NCBI GenBank assembly: GCA_965215335.1
Contig: CBDCDA010000002.1
Location: 1,120,001 to 1,184,000 of the forward strand
From: an uncultured Candidatus Entotheonella sp.
Lineage (GTDB): Bacteria > Tectomicrobia > Entotheonellia > Entotheonellales > Entotheonellaceae
Length of the DNA stretch: 64,000 bases
Direction of reading: 5' to 3'
Both the position numbers and the translations under genes were made by a program. This document shows, piece by piece, positions 10,186-20,131 of this stretch. The notes under the pieces were generated by a model. The model was not told the origin of the DNA, searched no databases, and worked only from the letters and a program-made list of their open reading frames with translations. Position 1 is the stretch's first letter. Each line of letters opens with the position of its first letter.

Positions 10186-10221
10186 AGACCCCGACGGGCG
10201 CCCCCCTCGGGGTCTTGTTGT
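10186..10221 (+). terminator. Hairpin downstream of tRNA, possible terminator
   Basis: AGACCCCGA...TCGGGGTCT perfect 9-bp stem followed by TGTTGT. Confidence 0.45.
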
Positions 10222-10283
10222 ATCTGGCGACAGGCGGGGGGACGTTCTTCGCCGATGCCCCGGAATGCAACGAGAACTGCAAC

Positions 10284-12725
10284 ATGGCCCTGAAAAAGTC
10301 CCGACTCTACGCCTCGCTGTGGCAAAGCTGCGACGAGCTGCGCGGCGGCATGGATGCCTCACAGTACAAGGACTACGTTCTCACCCTGCTGTTCATGAAG
10401 TACGTTTCGGACAAATACGCCGGCAGGCCGGACGCGCTCGTCGTGCCCGACGGTGGTGGCTTTGCCGACCTGGTGAGGCTCAAGGGCGACAAGGAGATCG
10501 GCGACAGGATCAACAAGATCATCGGTCGGCTCGCCGAGGCCAATGACCTCAAGGGGGTCATCGACCAGGCCGATTTCAACGACGAGAGCAAGCTCGGTGC
10601 GGGCAAGGAGATGCAGGACCGGCTCTCCAGGCTGGTGGCCATCTTCGACGGTCTCGACTTCCGCGCCAACCGTGCCGAGGGTGACGACCTGCTTGGCGAT
10701 GCCTATGAATACCTGATGCGCCACTTCGCCACCGAGTCCGGCAAGAGCAAGGGACAGTTCTACACCCCGGCCGAGGTGTCGCGCGTCATGGCCAAGGTGA
10801 TCGGCATCGGCGCCGACACCCGCCAGGACCAGACGATCTACGATCCCGCCTGCGGCTCCGGCTCGCTGCTGCTCAAGGCCGCCGACGAGGCGCCGCACGG
10901 CATCACCATCTACGGGCAGGAAATGGACAATGCCACCTGGGCGTTGGCACGGATGAACATGATCCTGCACGGCCACCCGACCGCCGAGTTGTGGCGTGGC
11001 AACACGCTCGCTGCTCCGTATTTCAAGAACCAGAACGGCAGCCTCAAGACCTTCGATTTCGCGGTCGCCAATCCCCCTTTCTCTGCCAAGGCCTGGTCCA
11101 GCGGTCTTGATCCGGCCCACGATGAATTCAGACGTTTCGAGCATGGAGTTCCCCCGGCCAAGAACGGTGATCATGCCTTCCTGCTCCACCTCGTCACGTC
11201 GCTCAGGAGCACGGGCAAGGGCGCCATCATCCTGCCGCACGGCGTGCTCTTCCGCGGTAACCGGGAGGCCGGCATCCGCCGGAACCTCATCCTGCGCGGT
11301 TTCATCAAGGGTATCATCGGCCTGCCGGCCAATCTCTTCTACGGCACCGGTATCCCCGCCTGCATCCTGGTCCTCGACAAGGAGTGCGCCGCGGCGCGTA
11401 CCGGCATCTTCATGATTGACGCAAGCAAGGGGTTCCACAAGGATGGCAACAAGAACCGCCTGCGCGCCCAGGACATCCACCGGATCGTGGACGTATTCAA
11501 CAAGCAGGTCGAGACGCCGCGCTACTCCCGCCTGGTGCCGGTGGCCGAGATCGCGGATCCGGCCAACGATTACAACCTCAACATCCCGCGCTACATCGAC
11601 GCCAGCGAGCCGGAGGACCTGCACGATCTCGATGCACACCTGCATGGCGGCATCCCCGATCGCGACCTTGACGCCCTGAACGCCTACTGGGACGTCTTCC
11701 CGTCCCTGCGCCAGGCGTTGTTCGCGGGCAATGGTCGAGCGGGCTACAGCGAAGCCCGCGTCGAGGCGCAGCGGGTGAAAGCCACGATCCTCGGCCACGG
11801 CGAGTTCAAATCCTACCAACGACGCGTCGCCACCGTCTTTGACGCCTGGCGCAAGGTCCACGAACCCGCTCTCATGGGGCTCGAGAGAGGGGCCAACCCC
11901 AAGAATGTCATCCACACCCTGGCGGAAGACCTGCTCGCGTGTTTCGCCGGCCTGCCGTTACTCGACCGGCATGACGCGTATCAGCGGTTGATGGACTACT
12001 GGGATGAGGTGATGCAGGACGATGCGTATCTGATTGCTACGGACGGCTGGACCGAAGCAGCCAGGCCGCGCGGCATCATCGCGGACAAGGAAAAGAAGAT
12101 CAGAGAGGCCCCGGACCTGACCATCAAGCGCAGGAAATACAAGATGGACCTGATTCCTCCGGCCTTGGTTGTCGCGTGTTACTTCGCCACGGAGCGGGCC
12201 GCGCTCGAAACGCTTCAAGCCGAGCAAGACGCCGCCGCCTGCGAACTGGAGGCGTTCGTCGAGGCGCATGCCGGCGAGGACGGCCCGCTGGCGGACGCCG
12301 CCCATGACAAAGGCAAGGTCAGCAGAGCAAGCGTGAAGGAGCGGCTCAAGACCATTCAGGACGAGCCGGAGAGCGACGAGGAGGAGCGGGACATCCTCAT
12401 GCGCTGCCTGAACCTGATCGAGGCCGCGTCCAGCGCCGGCAAGGCGGTCAGGGACGCCCAGGCCGAGCTGGACCAGAAGGTGTTGGCCCACTACGCCGTG
12501 CTCACCGTGGCCGAGATCAAGACCTTGGTGGTCGAGGACAAATGGCTCGCTACTATTCGGGAGGCCGTCGAAGACGAAATGCAGCGGCTGACCCATCAAC
12601 TTGCCGGGCGCGTCAAAGAGTTGGAAGAGCGCTACGCTCGACCGCTGCCGGAGTTGGAACATGAGGTGGAAGCGTTTGGTGCCAAGGTCGAAGGACACTT
12701 GAAGCGGATGGGGTTGTCGCTATGA
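10284..12725 (+). CDS. hsdM: Type I R-M N6-adenine methyltransferase subunit (long form)
   Basis: LWQSCDELRGGMDASQYKDY, GQFYTP, YDPACGSGSLL, ANPPF, YNLNIPRYI. Confidence 0.97.
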   Translation: MALKKSRLYASLWQSCDELRGGMDASQYKDYVLTLLFMKYVSDKYAGRPDALVVPDGGGFADLVRLKGDKEIGDRINKIIGRLAEANDLKGVIDQADFNDESKLGAGKEMQDRLSRLVAIFDGLDFRANRAEGDDLLGDAYEYLMRHFATESGKSKGQFYTPAEVSRVMAKVIGIGADTRQDQTIYDPACGSGSLLLKAADEAPHGITIYGQEMDNATWALARMNMILHGHPTAELWRGNTLAAPYFKNQNGSLKTFDFAVANPPFSAKAWSSGLDPAHDEFRRFEHGVPPAKNGDHAFLLHLVTSLRSTGKGAIILPHGVLFRGNREAGIRRNLILRGFIKGIIGLPANLFYGTGIPACILVLDKECAAARTGIFMIDASKGFHKDGNKNRLRAQDIHRIVDVFNKQVETPRYSRLVPVAEIADPANDYNLNIPRYIDASEPEDLHDLDAHLHGGIPDRDLDALNAYWDVFPSLRQALFAGNGRAGYSEARVEAQRVKATILGHGEFKSYQRRVATVFDAWRKVHEPALMGLERGANPKNVIHTLAEDLLACFAGLPLLDRHDAYQRLMDYWDEVMQDDAYLIATDGWTEAARPRGIIADKEKKIREAPDLTIKRRKYKMDLIPPALVVACYFATERAALETLQAEQDAAACELEAFVEAHAGEDGPLADAAHDKGKVSRASVKERLKTIQDEPESDEEERDILMRCLNLIEAASSAGKAVRDAQAELDQKVLAHYAVLTVAEIKTLVVEDKWLATIREAVEDEMQRLTHQLAGRVKELEERYARPLPELEHEVEAFGAKVEGHLKRMGLSL

Positions 12726-12799
12726 CGGAGGTATTCGTACCGCTGAGTTCACTTCGGAAGCATGGGTCTGATGGCCTGTAACCACAAAGGAGAATCGCC

Positions 12800-13075
12800 A
12801 TGTCCGTATCAAAACCTCGGTACAGCAAAGAGGAGTTCGCTCGCCGTGGCGATGAGATATACGACCGCGAGATAAGCCCTCATGTTGGACCTGACGACGA
12901 AGGTAAATTCGTGGTCATCGACATTGAGACAGGAGCTTATGAGATTGATCAGGACGAATTGGCTGCATCCGACCGCCTTCTTGCCCGTGGACTCGATGCA
13001 CAAATGTGGACAAGGCGTGTTGGATCCCGGTATGCCCGCCGCTTTGCCCCTCGCTACAGGGCGAGTGGTGCATGA
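12800..13075 (+). CDS. Small hypothetical protein, partner of the downstream aspartic protease
   Basis: AAGGAG RBS; RRGDEIY...GKFVVIDIETGAYEID; ATGA overlap with next gene. Confidence 0.8.
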   Translation: MSVSKPRYSKEEFARRGDEIYDREISPHVGPDDEGKFVVIDIETGAYEIDQDELAASDRLLARGLDAQMWTRRVGSRYARRFAPRYRASGA

Positions 13076-13443
13076 TAACCGGCCATGTTACTGCATGTCG
13101 AGAGGCCGTCCTCTCTCTGAATGTGGGGGGACCTGGAAACCAGGAGCAAGAGATTGATGCGGTTGTCGATACAGGTTTCAATGGTTTCCTGACGCTTCCT
13201 GCATCCCTTATTCAGGAGTTGGGCCTTGTCTGGCGTCGGCGGGGGCGGGCCATGCTTGCCGACGGCAGTAACAGCGTCTTCGATATCTACGAGGCTGCCG
13301 TCACATGGGATGGCAGGCCGCGACGGATTGCCGTGGACGAGGCGGACTGTGCTCCGCTTGTTGGCATGTCGCTGCTTTACGGCTATGAGTTGACCGTTCA
13401 AGTCGTAGATGGAGGCAGTGTGGTCATACGTCCCCTGCCGTAG
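13072..13443 (+). CDS. Clan AA (retropepsin-like) aspartic protease
   Basis: AVVDTGFNGFLTLP active-site motif, LADGS flap, PLVGMSLL. Confidence 0.88.
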   Translation: MITGHVTACREAVLSLNVGGPGNQEQEIDAVVDTGFNGFLTLPASLIQELGLVWRRRGRAMLADGSNSVFDIYEAAVTWDGRPRRIAVDEADCAPLVGMSLLYGYELTVQVVDGGSVVIRPLP

Positions 13444-13494
13444 CCCAACTGGAGAGCGTCCGAAAGAAACCTGGAAACCGGGAACGTACAGACG

Positions 13495-14835
13495 ATGAAT
13501 AGCGGGCAAGGGACAATGGGCAGCGCTCTTGGAGATGGACGCCATGCGCCAGCGGAGAAGGTGCCAGTGGGTTACAAGCGGACTGAGGCGGGGGTGATTC
13601 CGAGTAAATGGATGGTGTTTTCCATAGGCGAGATATTTGACTGTCTGCGCACCGCTTCCAATTCGAGAGCCGACCTCGGCGACGCGGGTGCCGTTGCGTA
13701 TGTGCACTACGGGGATATCCACACCCGCTTTCATCACTTTATCGATTTCTCTCGTGATAATGTGCCACGCCTCTTGGCTGGTACGGGCGTCACGGCTACC
13801 CGGCTTCGTGATGGCGACCTGATTGTCGCAGATGCTTCCGAAGACGAAACCGGGATCGGCAAGAGCGTGGAAGTTCGCAACCTTGGTACGATTGAAGCAG
13901 TCTCGGGGCTGCACACTGTCCTCCTGAGGGCAAAGGATCGACGAGTTCTTGAGGGCTATCGTGGATACCTTCTTGAGGCGACAACCGCAAAGGAACAATT
14001 ACGTCGTCTTGCCACCGGTCTGAAGGTCTTCGGGATATCGAAGCGGGCGCTCAGAGACATTGGCGTCCTGCTGCCACCACAAACCGAACAACGCGCCATC
14101 GCCGAGGCGTTGTCGGACGTGGATGGGTTGATTCGGGCATTGGAGGCGCTGATCGCCAAGAAACGGGCCATCAAGCAGGCCGCCATGCAGCAACTCCTTA
14201 CCGGCAGGACTCGCCTGCCGGGGTTCAGTGGGGCGTGGGAGACGAAACGACTCGGGGAATTGGGAATCTTCTCAAAGGGCCGTGGGATCAAACGCGAGGA
14301 TGTCTCTGACACGGGCCTGCCGTGTATCCGCTACGGAGAGCTATACACACGATACAAAGACTATATCTCGAACCCCGTATCGCATATTCCTCTGGCTGTC
14401 GCCTTGGAGGCACTACCGATTAAGAAAGGCGACCTTCTATTTGCAGGATCGGGTGAGACAGCAGAGGAGATCGGTATATGCGCGGCGTATCTTGGTGAAG
14501 AACCGGCTTATGTGGGTGGAGATGTCATCATCTTGACCCCATCGGGGCAAAATCCGATTTACCTTGGCCATCTAATGAATCATCCAACCGTGGCGACACA
14601 AAAGGCCCGTATGGGTCAGGGAGACGCGGTCGTTCATATCAGTGCCAGTAACTTGGCTCAGGTGAGGGTCGAGCTCCCGCCTCTCACAGAACAGTGCGCC
14701 ATCGCCAACATCCTCTCCGACATGGACGCCGACATCGCCGCGTTGGAGCAACGCCGGGACAAGACCCGCGCCATCAAGCAGGGCATGATGCAGCAACTCC
14801 TCACTGGACGGATTCGGCTTGTCAAGCCGGAGTAG
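13495..14835 (+). CDS. hsdS: Type I R-M specificity subunit
   Basis: VPVGYKRTEAGVIPSKW; two TRDs each followed by PP..EQ.AIA..LSD.D..I..LE...K..AIKQ..MQQLLTGR. Confidence 0.95.
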   Translation: MNSGQGTMGSALGDGRHAPAEKVPVGYKRTEAGVIPSKWMVFSIGEIFDCLRTASNSRADLGDAGAVAYVHYGDIHTRFHHFIDFSRDNVPRLLAGTGVTATRLRDGDLIVADASEDETGIGKSVEVRNLGTIEAVSGLHTVLLRAKDRRVLEGYRGYLLEATTAKEQLRRLATGLKVFGISKRALRDIGVLLPPQTEQRAIAEALSDVDGLIRALEALIAKKRAIKQAAMQQLLTGRTRLPGFSGAWETKRLGELGIFSKGRGIKREDVSDTGLPCIRYGELYTRYKDYISNPVSHIPLAVALEALPIKKGDLLFAGSGETAEEIGICAAYLGEEPAYVGGDVIILTPSGQNPIYLGHLMNHPTVATQKARMGQGDAVVHISASNLAQVRVELPPLTEQCAIANILSDMDADIAALEQRRDKTRAIKQGMMQQLLTGRIRLVKPE

Positions 14836-14838
14836 ACT

Positions 14839-15321
14839 ATGGCAGTAACATACTCGGATCAGGAGGTTGAGTCGTTGTTATGGGAGCGTAAGCCTTTGCC
14901 GTCCGACCGGCGCGCCTGGACTCGTCTACGGCCCAAGCGTGGCCATAATGAAAGGCATCTGGATCTGACCGGTGATACGGGGAGCGAGTTCCGCCTGATT
15001 CTCAGGCGGAGCACCGTCAATCAACTCGACTTTTCGATTGTTCTGGCTGTTCGGGTTCCGCAGTCGAACCAGCTTTTCCGACTTCGCCGCTGTAACGGCC
15101 GGAGTCATGAGCACACCAACCACATCGAAGGCGTGACCTTCTATGATTTTCACATTCACTTCGCAACGGAGCGGTATCAGGCCCTCGGAGCGCGGGAGGA
15201 CGCATACGCCGAGCCAACCGATCGCTACAGCAGCTTTCACGGCGCCCTGCAGTGCCTGATTGCCGATGCGAATTTCGAGGTTCCACCTGAGCCGCAGGGT
15301 GACCTTTTCGAGGAGGGGTAG
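14839..15321 (+). CDS. Hypothetical protein with His-rich motif
   Basis: Starts 3 bp after hsdS; LRRCNGRSHEHTNHIEG...FHIH. Confidence 0.75.
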   Translation: MAVTYSDQEVESLLWERKPLPSDRRAWTRLRPKRGHNERHLDLTGDTGSEFRLILRRSTVNQLDFSIVLAVRVPQSNQLFRLRRCNGRSHEHTNHIEGVTFYDFHIHFATERYQALGAREDAYAEPTDRYSSFHGALQCLIADANFEVPPEPQGDLFEEG

Positions 15322-15324
15322 GCG

Positions 15325-16122
15325 ATGGCCATCGAGACCGTAGAGCGGGACTTTCACGATAAGGTCTCGACGAAGATTCGGCTCGCCGCCGAGGGCATGG
15401 AACGCTTCCGCGTGTTTACGCCCTTCCTGTTCGAGGACGGCGACCATTTGTCCATTGTCCTGAAGAAGGAGGGCGCCCGGTGGGTGCTGTCCGATGAGGC
15501 GCACACTTACATGCACCTCACCTATGACGTGGACGAGAGAGACCTTCATACGGGCACGCGCCAGAAGATCATCTCCAACACATTGTCTGTCTTCCAGATC
15601 GAAGATCGGGAAGGAGAGTTGCTCCTCGAGGTGCCGGACGAACGGTACGGCGACGCGCTCTATTCATTCGTCCAGGCGCTTCTCAAGATATCGGATGTAT
15701 CGTACCTGTCGCGGGAACGGGCTCGGTCCACCTTCATGGAAGACTTTCGGTCGCTGCTGAGTGAGGCCACGCCGGAGGAACGCAGGGTTTTCGACTGGAG
15801 CGATCCCGAGCACGACCCGCATGGAATTTATACGGTGGCCTGCCGGATCAACGGTATGCCCCGGCCCCTTTTCGTGCACGCCCTGACGGGTGACGGGAGA
15901 ACACGCGACGCCACGATCGCACTGCTACAGTTCGAGAGGTGGGGTATTCCGTTCCATTCCCTGGCCATCTTCGAGGATCAGGAGGCGATCAATCGCAAGG
16001 TGCTCGCACGCTTCAGCGACGTCTGCGAGAAGCAATTCTCCAGCCTGGCCGCGAACCGCGAGAGGATCATGCGCTTTCTGGATGAGCGTATTTCGGGCGG
16101 ACAAGAGGGAAGGCCGCAGTGA
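15325..16122 (+). CDS. DUF1828-like domain protein
   Basis: [17 protein letters not shown]...[10 protein letters not shown]-terminal motif; F..ALLKISD helix. Confidence 0.75.
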   Translation: MAIETVERDFHDKVSTKIRLAAEGMERFRVFTPFLFEDGDHLSIVLKKEGARWVLSDEAHTYMHLTYDVDERDLHTGTRQKIISNTLSVFQIEDREGELLLEVPDERYGDALYSFVQALLKISDVSYLSRERARSTFMEDFRSLLSEATPEERRVFDWSDPEHDPHGIYTVACRINGMPRPLFVHALTGDGRTRDATIALLQFERWGIPFHSLAIFEDQEAINRKVLARFSDVCEKQFSSLAANRERIMRFLDERISGGQEGRPQ

Positions 16123-16150
16123 AGCACCTGAAGCCGGGTAACGTGAAACC

Positions 16151-19100
16151 ATGAGCACGGTCGGCCAACGGGAAATCCTCACCCAGCAGCGTGTCGTGGC
16201 GTTCTTCCGGGAGGCGCTCGGCTACGACTTTCTCGGCAACTGGAAGGGGCGTGACGGCAACAGCAACGTCGAAAAGGCGCTGCTTGCCGCCTGGCTGTCC
16301 CGCCAGGGCCACGGCGACAAGATCATCGCTAGGGTGCTGTTTGAACTCGACAAGGCCGCGGCGCTCGGCGGCAGCAAGACCCTCTACGACGCCAATCGTG
16401 AGGTTTACGGCCTGCTGCGCTACGGCGTGAAGGTGCAGCCGGAGGCGGGCGAGCAGAACATGACCGTCTGGCTGGTCGACTGGGCGAATCCCGACCATAA
16501 CGACTTCGGCCTCGCGGAAGAGGTGACGGTTGCCGTGGCGAATGCCAAGCGGCCCGACCTGGTGCTCTACGTCAACGGCATCGCCCTGGGCGTGCTGGAG
16601 CTGAAACGTTCTACGGTGTCGGTGAGCGAGGGTATCCGCCAGAATCTCGACAGCCAGGAGAAGACGTTCATCCGGCCATTCTTCACCACGGTGCAACTCG
16701 TGATGGCGGGTAACGACACCGAGGGGCTGCGTTACGGGGTGATTGAAACGCCGGAGAAGTATTGGCTGCGCTGGAAGGAAGCCGACGCCCACCGAGCCGC
16801 CGGGGACAACCCGCTGCTGCGGGAGCTGGGCCAACTGTGCGGCAAGGCGCGGCTGCTGGAGATCGTGCACGATCTCGTCGTCTTCGACGCCGGCATCAAG
16901 AAGATTTGCCGCCATAACCAGTACTTCGGGGTGCGGGCGGCGCAGGCGCGGGTGCAGCGCCGCGCGGGTGGCATCATCTGGCACACCCAGGGCAGCGGCA
17001 AGAGCCTGACCATGGTCTGGCTGGCGAAGTGGATTCGCGAGCACGTGACCGACGGACGGGTGCTGATCGTCACCGACCGCACCGAACTGGACGAGCAAAT
17101 CGAGAAGGTCTTCAAGGGCGTCAGCGAAGACATCCACCGCACCCGCAGCGGCGCCGATCTGGTGCAGGCGCTGAACACCGGCGAGGAATGGCTGATCGGT
17201 TCGCTGATCCACAAATTCGGCGCGTCGTCGGAGGAGATGAGCGAGAAGGATATCGAGACCTACGTCGAGGAGATCAAGAGAAGCCTGCCCAAGGGGTTCG
17301 GCGCCAAGGGCGAGCTATTCGTCTTCGTGGACGAATGCCACCGCACCCAAGCCGGGAAACTCCACGAGGCGATGAAAACGCTGCTGCCAGGAGCGACGCT
17401 GATCGGTTTTACCGGAACGCCGCTGCTCAAGGGCGACAAACGGCGGAGCATCGAGACTTTCGGGCCGTACATCCACACCTACAAGTACGATGAGGCGGTG
17501 GACGACGGGGTGGTGCTGGACCTGCGCTACGAGGCGCGCGACATTGACCAGAACCTCACCTCGCAGGCCAGGATCGACCAGTGGTTCGAGCTCAAGACCC
17601 GCGGCCTGACCGACGTGGCCAGGGCCCAGATCAAGCAACGCTGGGGCACGCTGCGGAGCGTACTGAGTGCACGGGACCGGCTGGAAAAGATCGTCGCTGA
17701 CATCCTGTTGGACATGGAGACGCGCGACCGCCTCAAGAGCGGCCACGGCAATGCGATGCTGGTCTCCGACAGCATCTACTCGGCGTGCCGTTTCTTCGAG
17801 ATGTTTCAGCAGACCGATCTGGCGGGCAGATGCGCCATCGTGACCTCCTACAAGCCGTCCCCGGCGAGCATCAAGGGGGAGGCGGGCAGCGAGGGGCTGA
17901 CCGAGAAACTCCGCCAGTACGACATCTACCGAAGAATGCTGGCGGCGCACTTCGACGAGCCGGAAGAATCGGCCATGCACAAGGTGGAGCGGTTCGAGCA
18001 GGAGGTCAAGAAACGCTTCGTCGACGAGCCGGGACAGATGAAGCTCCTGATCGTCGTGGACAAACTGCTGACGGGCTTTGACGCGCCGCCGGCGACCTGT
18101 CTGTACATCGACAAGCCGATGCAGGACCACGGCCTGTTCCAGGCCATCTGCCGGGTCAACCGCCTCGACGGCGAGGACAAGGATCACGGTTATGTCATTG
18201 ACTACAAGGACCTGTTCCGGTCGTTGGAGCAGTCCATCGAGGACTATACCGGCGAGGCTTTCGACGGCTTTGATGCTGCCGACGTGCAGGGTTTGCTGAA
18301 GGACCGGCTGACGCAGGGCCAGGAGCGCCTGGAGGAAGCGCGCGAGGCGGTAAAGGCGCTGTGCGAGCCGGTCGAGCCGCCGCGCGATACCGCCGCCTAC
18401 CTGCGTTTCTTCTGCGCTGCCGAGAGCGGCAGCGCCGAGCAGCTGAAGGACAACGAACCGAAGCGCGTCACCCTCTATCGGCTGGCTGCTGCATTCCTGC
18501 GCGCTTATGCCAACCTGGCCAACGAGATGCGGGAAGCGGGCTATTCCAACGCCGGAGCGCAACGGATCAAGGCCGAGGTGGAGCACTACGAGAAGCTGCG
18601 CCAGGAGGTCAAGCTCGCCAGCGGCGACTACATCGACCTGAAAATGCATGAACCGGCCATGCGGCATCTGCTCGACACCTACATCCGGGCCGAAGAGAGC
18701 GAGCAACTCTCTGCTTTCGATGATCTGACGCTTATCGATCTGATCGTCGAGCGCGGCGAAGCCGCGATCGATGCACTGCCCGAAGGCGTCCGCAAAAGCC
18801 CCGAAGCGGTGGCCGAGACGATCGAGAACAACGTCCGGCGGCTCATCATCGACGAGATGGCGGTCAACCCCAAGTACTACGAAAAGATGTCGGAATTGCT
18901 GGACGCCCTGATCCGCCAACGCAAGCAGGAAGCCATGGACTACAAGGCCTATCTGGACAGGATCGTCGCGCTGACCGGGCAGGTCGGCAGGCCGGAAACC
19001 CGGGCGTTCTATCCTGTGAGCATCCACAACGCCGCCCTGCGGGCGCTTTACGATAATCTGGAGGCGTCAGCGGTTTCGATGGTGCGCGATCCAGTGACAC

Positions 19101-19306
19101 GATACGGTGACCAGCCGGCTCTCGATCCCAGAGAAGAGCGGGCCCTTGCCCTGGATCATGCCGTCCGTTGCGTGAAGAAAGCGGACTGGCGCGGAAACAG
19201 ATTCAAGGAACGCGAGGTTCGCAACGCTGTCAAGTCGGTGCTCGGCAACGACGAGGGACTCGTAAGTGCGATGTTCGAAATCGTGAAGGCACAGCGTGAT
19301 TATTGA
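16151..19306 (+). CDS. hsdR: Type I R-M restriction subunit
   Basis: RPDLVLYVNGIALGVLELK nuclease motif, HTQGSGKS, DECHR, GFTGTP, LLTGFDAP, QAICRVNR. Confidence 0.97.
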   Translation: MSTVGQREILTQQRVVAFFREALGYDFLGNWKGRDGNSNVEKALLAAWLSRQGHGDKIIARVLFELDKAAALGGSKTLYDANREVYGLLRYGVKVQPEAGEQNMTVWLVDWANPDHNDFGLAEEVTVAVANAKRPDLVLYVNGIALGVLELKRSTVSVSEGIRQNLDSQEKTFIRPFFTTVQLVMAGNDTEGLRYGVIETPEKYWLRWKEADAHRAAGDNPLLRELGQLCGKARLLEIVHDLVVFDAGIKKICRHNQYFGVRAAQARVQRRAGGIIWHTQGSGKSLTMVWLAKWIREHVTDGRVLIVTDRTELDEQIEKVFKGVSEDIHRTRSGADLVQALNTGEEWLIGSLIHKFGASSEEMSEKDIETYVEEIKRSLPKGFGAKGELFVFVDECHRTQAGKLHEAMKTLLPGATLIGFTGTPLLKGDKRRSIETFGPYIHTYKYDEAVDDGVVLDLRYEARDIDQNLTSQARIDQWFELKTRGLTDVARAQIKQRWGTLRSVLSARDRLEKIVADILLDMETRDRLKSGHGNAMLVSDSIYSACRFFEMFQQTDLAGRCAIVTSYKPSPASIKGEAGSEGLTEKLRQYDIYRRMLAAHFDEPEESAMHKVERFEQEVKKRFVDEPGQMKLLIVVDKLLTGFDAPPATCLYIDKPMQDHGLFQAICRVNRLDGEDKDHGYVIDYKDLFRSLEQSIEDYTGEAFDGFDAADVQGLLKDRLTQGQERLEEAREAVKALCEPVEPPRDTAAYLRFFCAAESGSAEQLKDNEPKRVTLYRLAAAFLRAYANLANEMREAGYSNAGAQRIKAEVEHYEKLRQEVKLASGDYIDLKMHEPAMRHLLDTYIRAEESEQLSAFDDLTLIDLIVERGEAAIDALPEGVRKSPEAVAETIENNVRRLIIDEMAVNPKYYEKMSELLDALIRQRKQEAMDYKAYLDRIVALTGQVGRPETRAFYPVSIHNAALRALYDNLEASAVSMVRDPVTRYGDQPALDPREERALALDHAVRCVKKADWRGNRFKEREVRNAVKSVLGNDEGLVSAMFEIVKAQRDY

Positions 19307-20027
19307 AGATGGAAGTCACCAAATCGACGTGCGAGGTACAACCGTGGAGATCGTCCGCAGGGACATCAGGAACCTCCACGTGGGTGTCTATCCGCCGAGC
19401 GGCCGGGTGCGGGTGGCGGCGCCGTTGCGCCTCGATGAAAATGCCGTGCGTCTGGCTGTTGTTTCGCGCCTCGGATGGATCCGCCGCAAACAGGCCCGAT
19501 TCCTGCACCAGGCTCGCCAGTCGCAACGAGAATTCATCACCGGCGAGAGCCATTACGTTGAAGGCCGCCGCTACCGGCTTGACGTAACCGAGCATGACGG
19601 TCCGCCACGTGTTCGGTTGCTTGACGACACCACGTTGGCGTTGACCGTTCGCCCTGCTGCCGACCGCGACAAGCGGGAAGCCGTGCTTTACCGGTGGTAT
19701 CGCCAGCGGCTGCGAAGCCGCTGGCCCGCGCTTCTCGCAAAATGGGAACCGAGGATCGGAACGCGCGGCACCGAGGTGCGCATCAAGAAGATGAAAACCC
19801 GCTGGGGGACGTGCAACAAGGACGCCCGCCGTATCTGGCTGAACCTCGAGCTGGCGAAGAAACCCGCGTCGTGTCTTGAGTACGTCATGGTGCATGAGCT
19901 GGTCCACCTGATCGAGCGTCATCATACCGCTCGGTTTCGTCAGCTGATGGACGGGCTCATGCCGCACTGGCGCGTTTATCGAGACGAGTTGAACCGGAGG
20001 CCGCTGGCGCATGAAGCCTGGCGTTGA
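19296..20027 (+). CDS. M48/YgjP (DUF45) family metalloprotein commonly following hsdR
   Basis: KMKTRWGTC, YVMVHELVHLIERHH (HExxH). Confidence 0.92.
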   Translation: MIIEDGSHQIDVRGTTVEIVRRDIRNLHVGVYPPSGRVRVAAPLRLDENAVRLAVVSRLGWIRRKQARFLHQARQSQREFITGESHYVEGRRYRLDVTEHDGPPRVRLLDDTTLALTVRPAADRDKREAVLYRWYRQRLRSRWPALLAKWEPRIGTRGTEVRIKKMKTRWGTCNKDARRIWLNLELAKKPASCLEYVMVHELVHLIERHHTARFRQLMDGLMPHWRVYRDELNRRPLAHEAWR

Positions 20028-20131
20028 CAGGGGAAAATCACGGGTGTTTTAACCGTTCCGACATCTATCGGGTCAAAGAGTCCCGAATACGAGACCGCCG
20101 TTGCGCGCTGACGTTCCCCAGGAGACATGAC

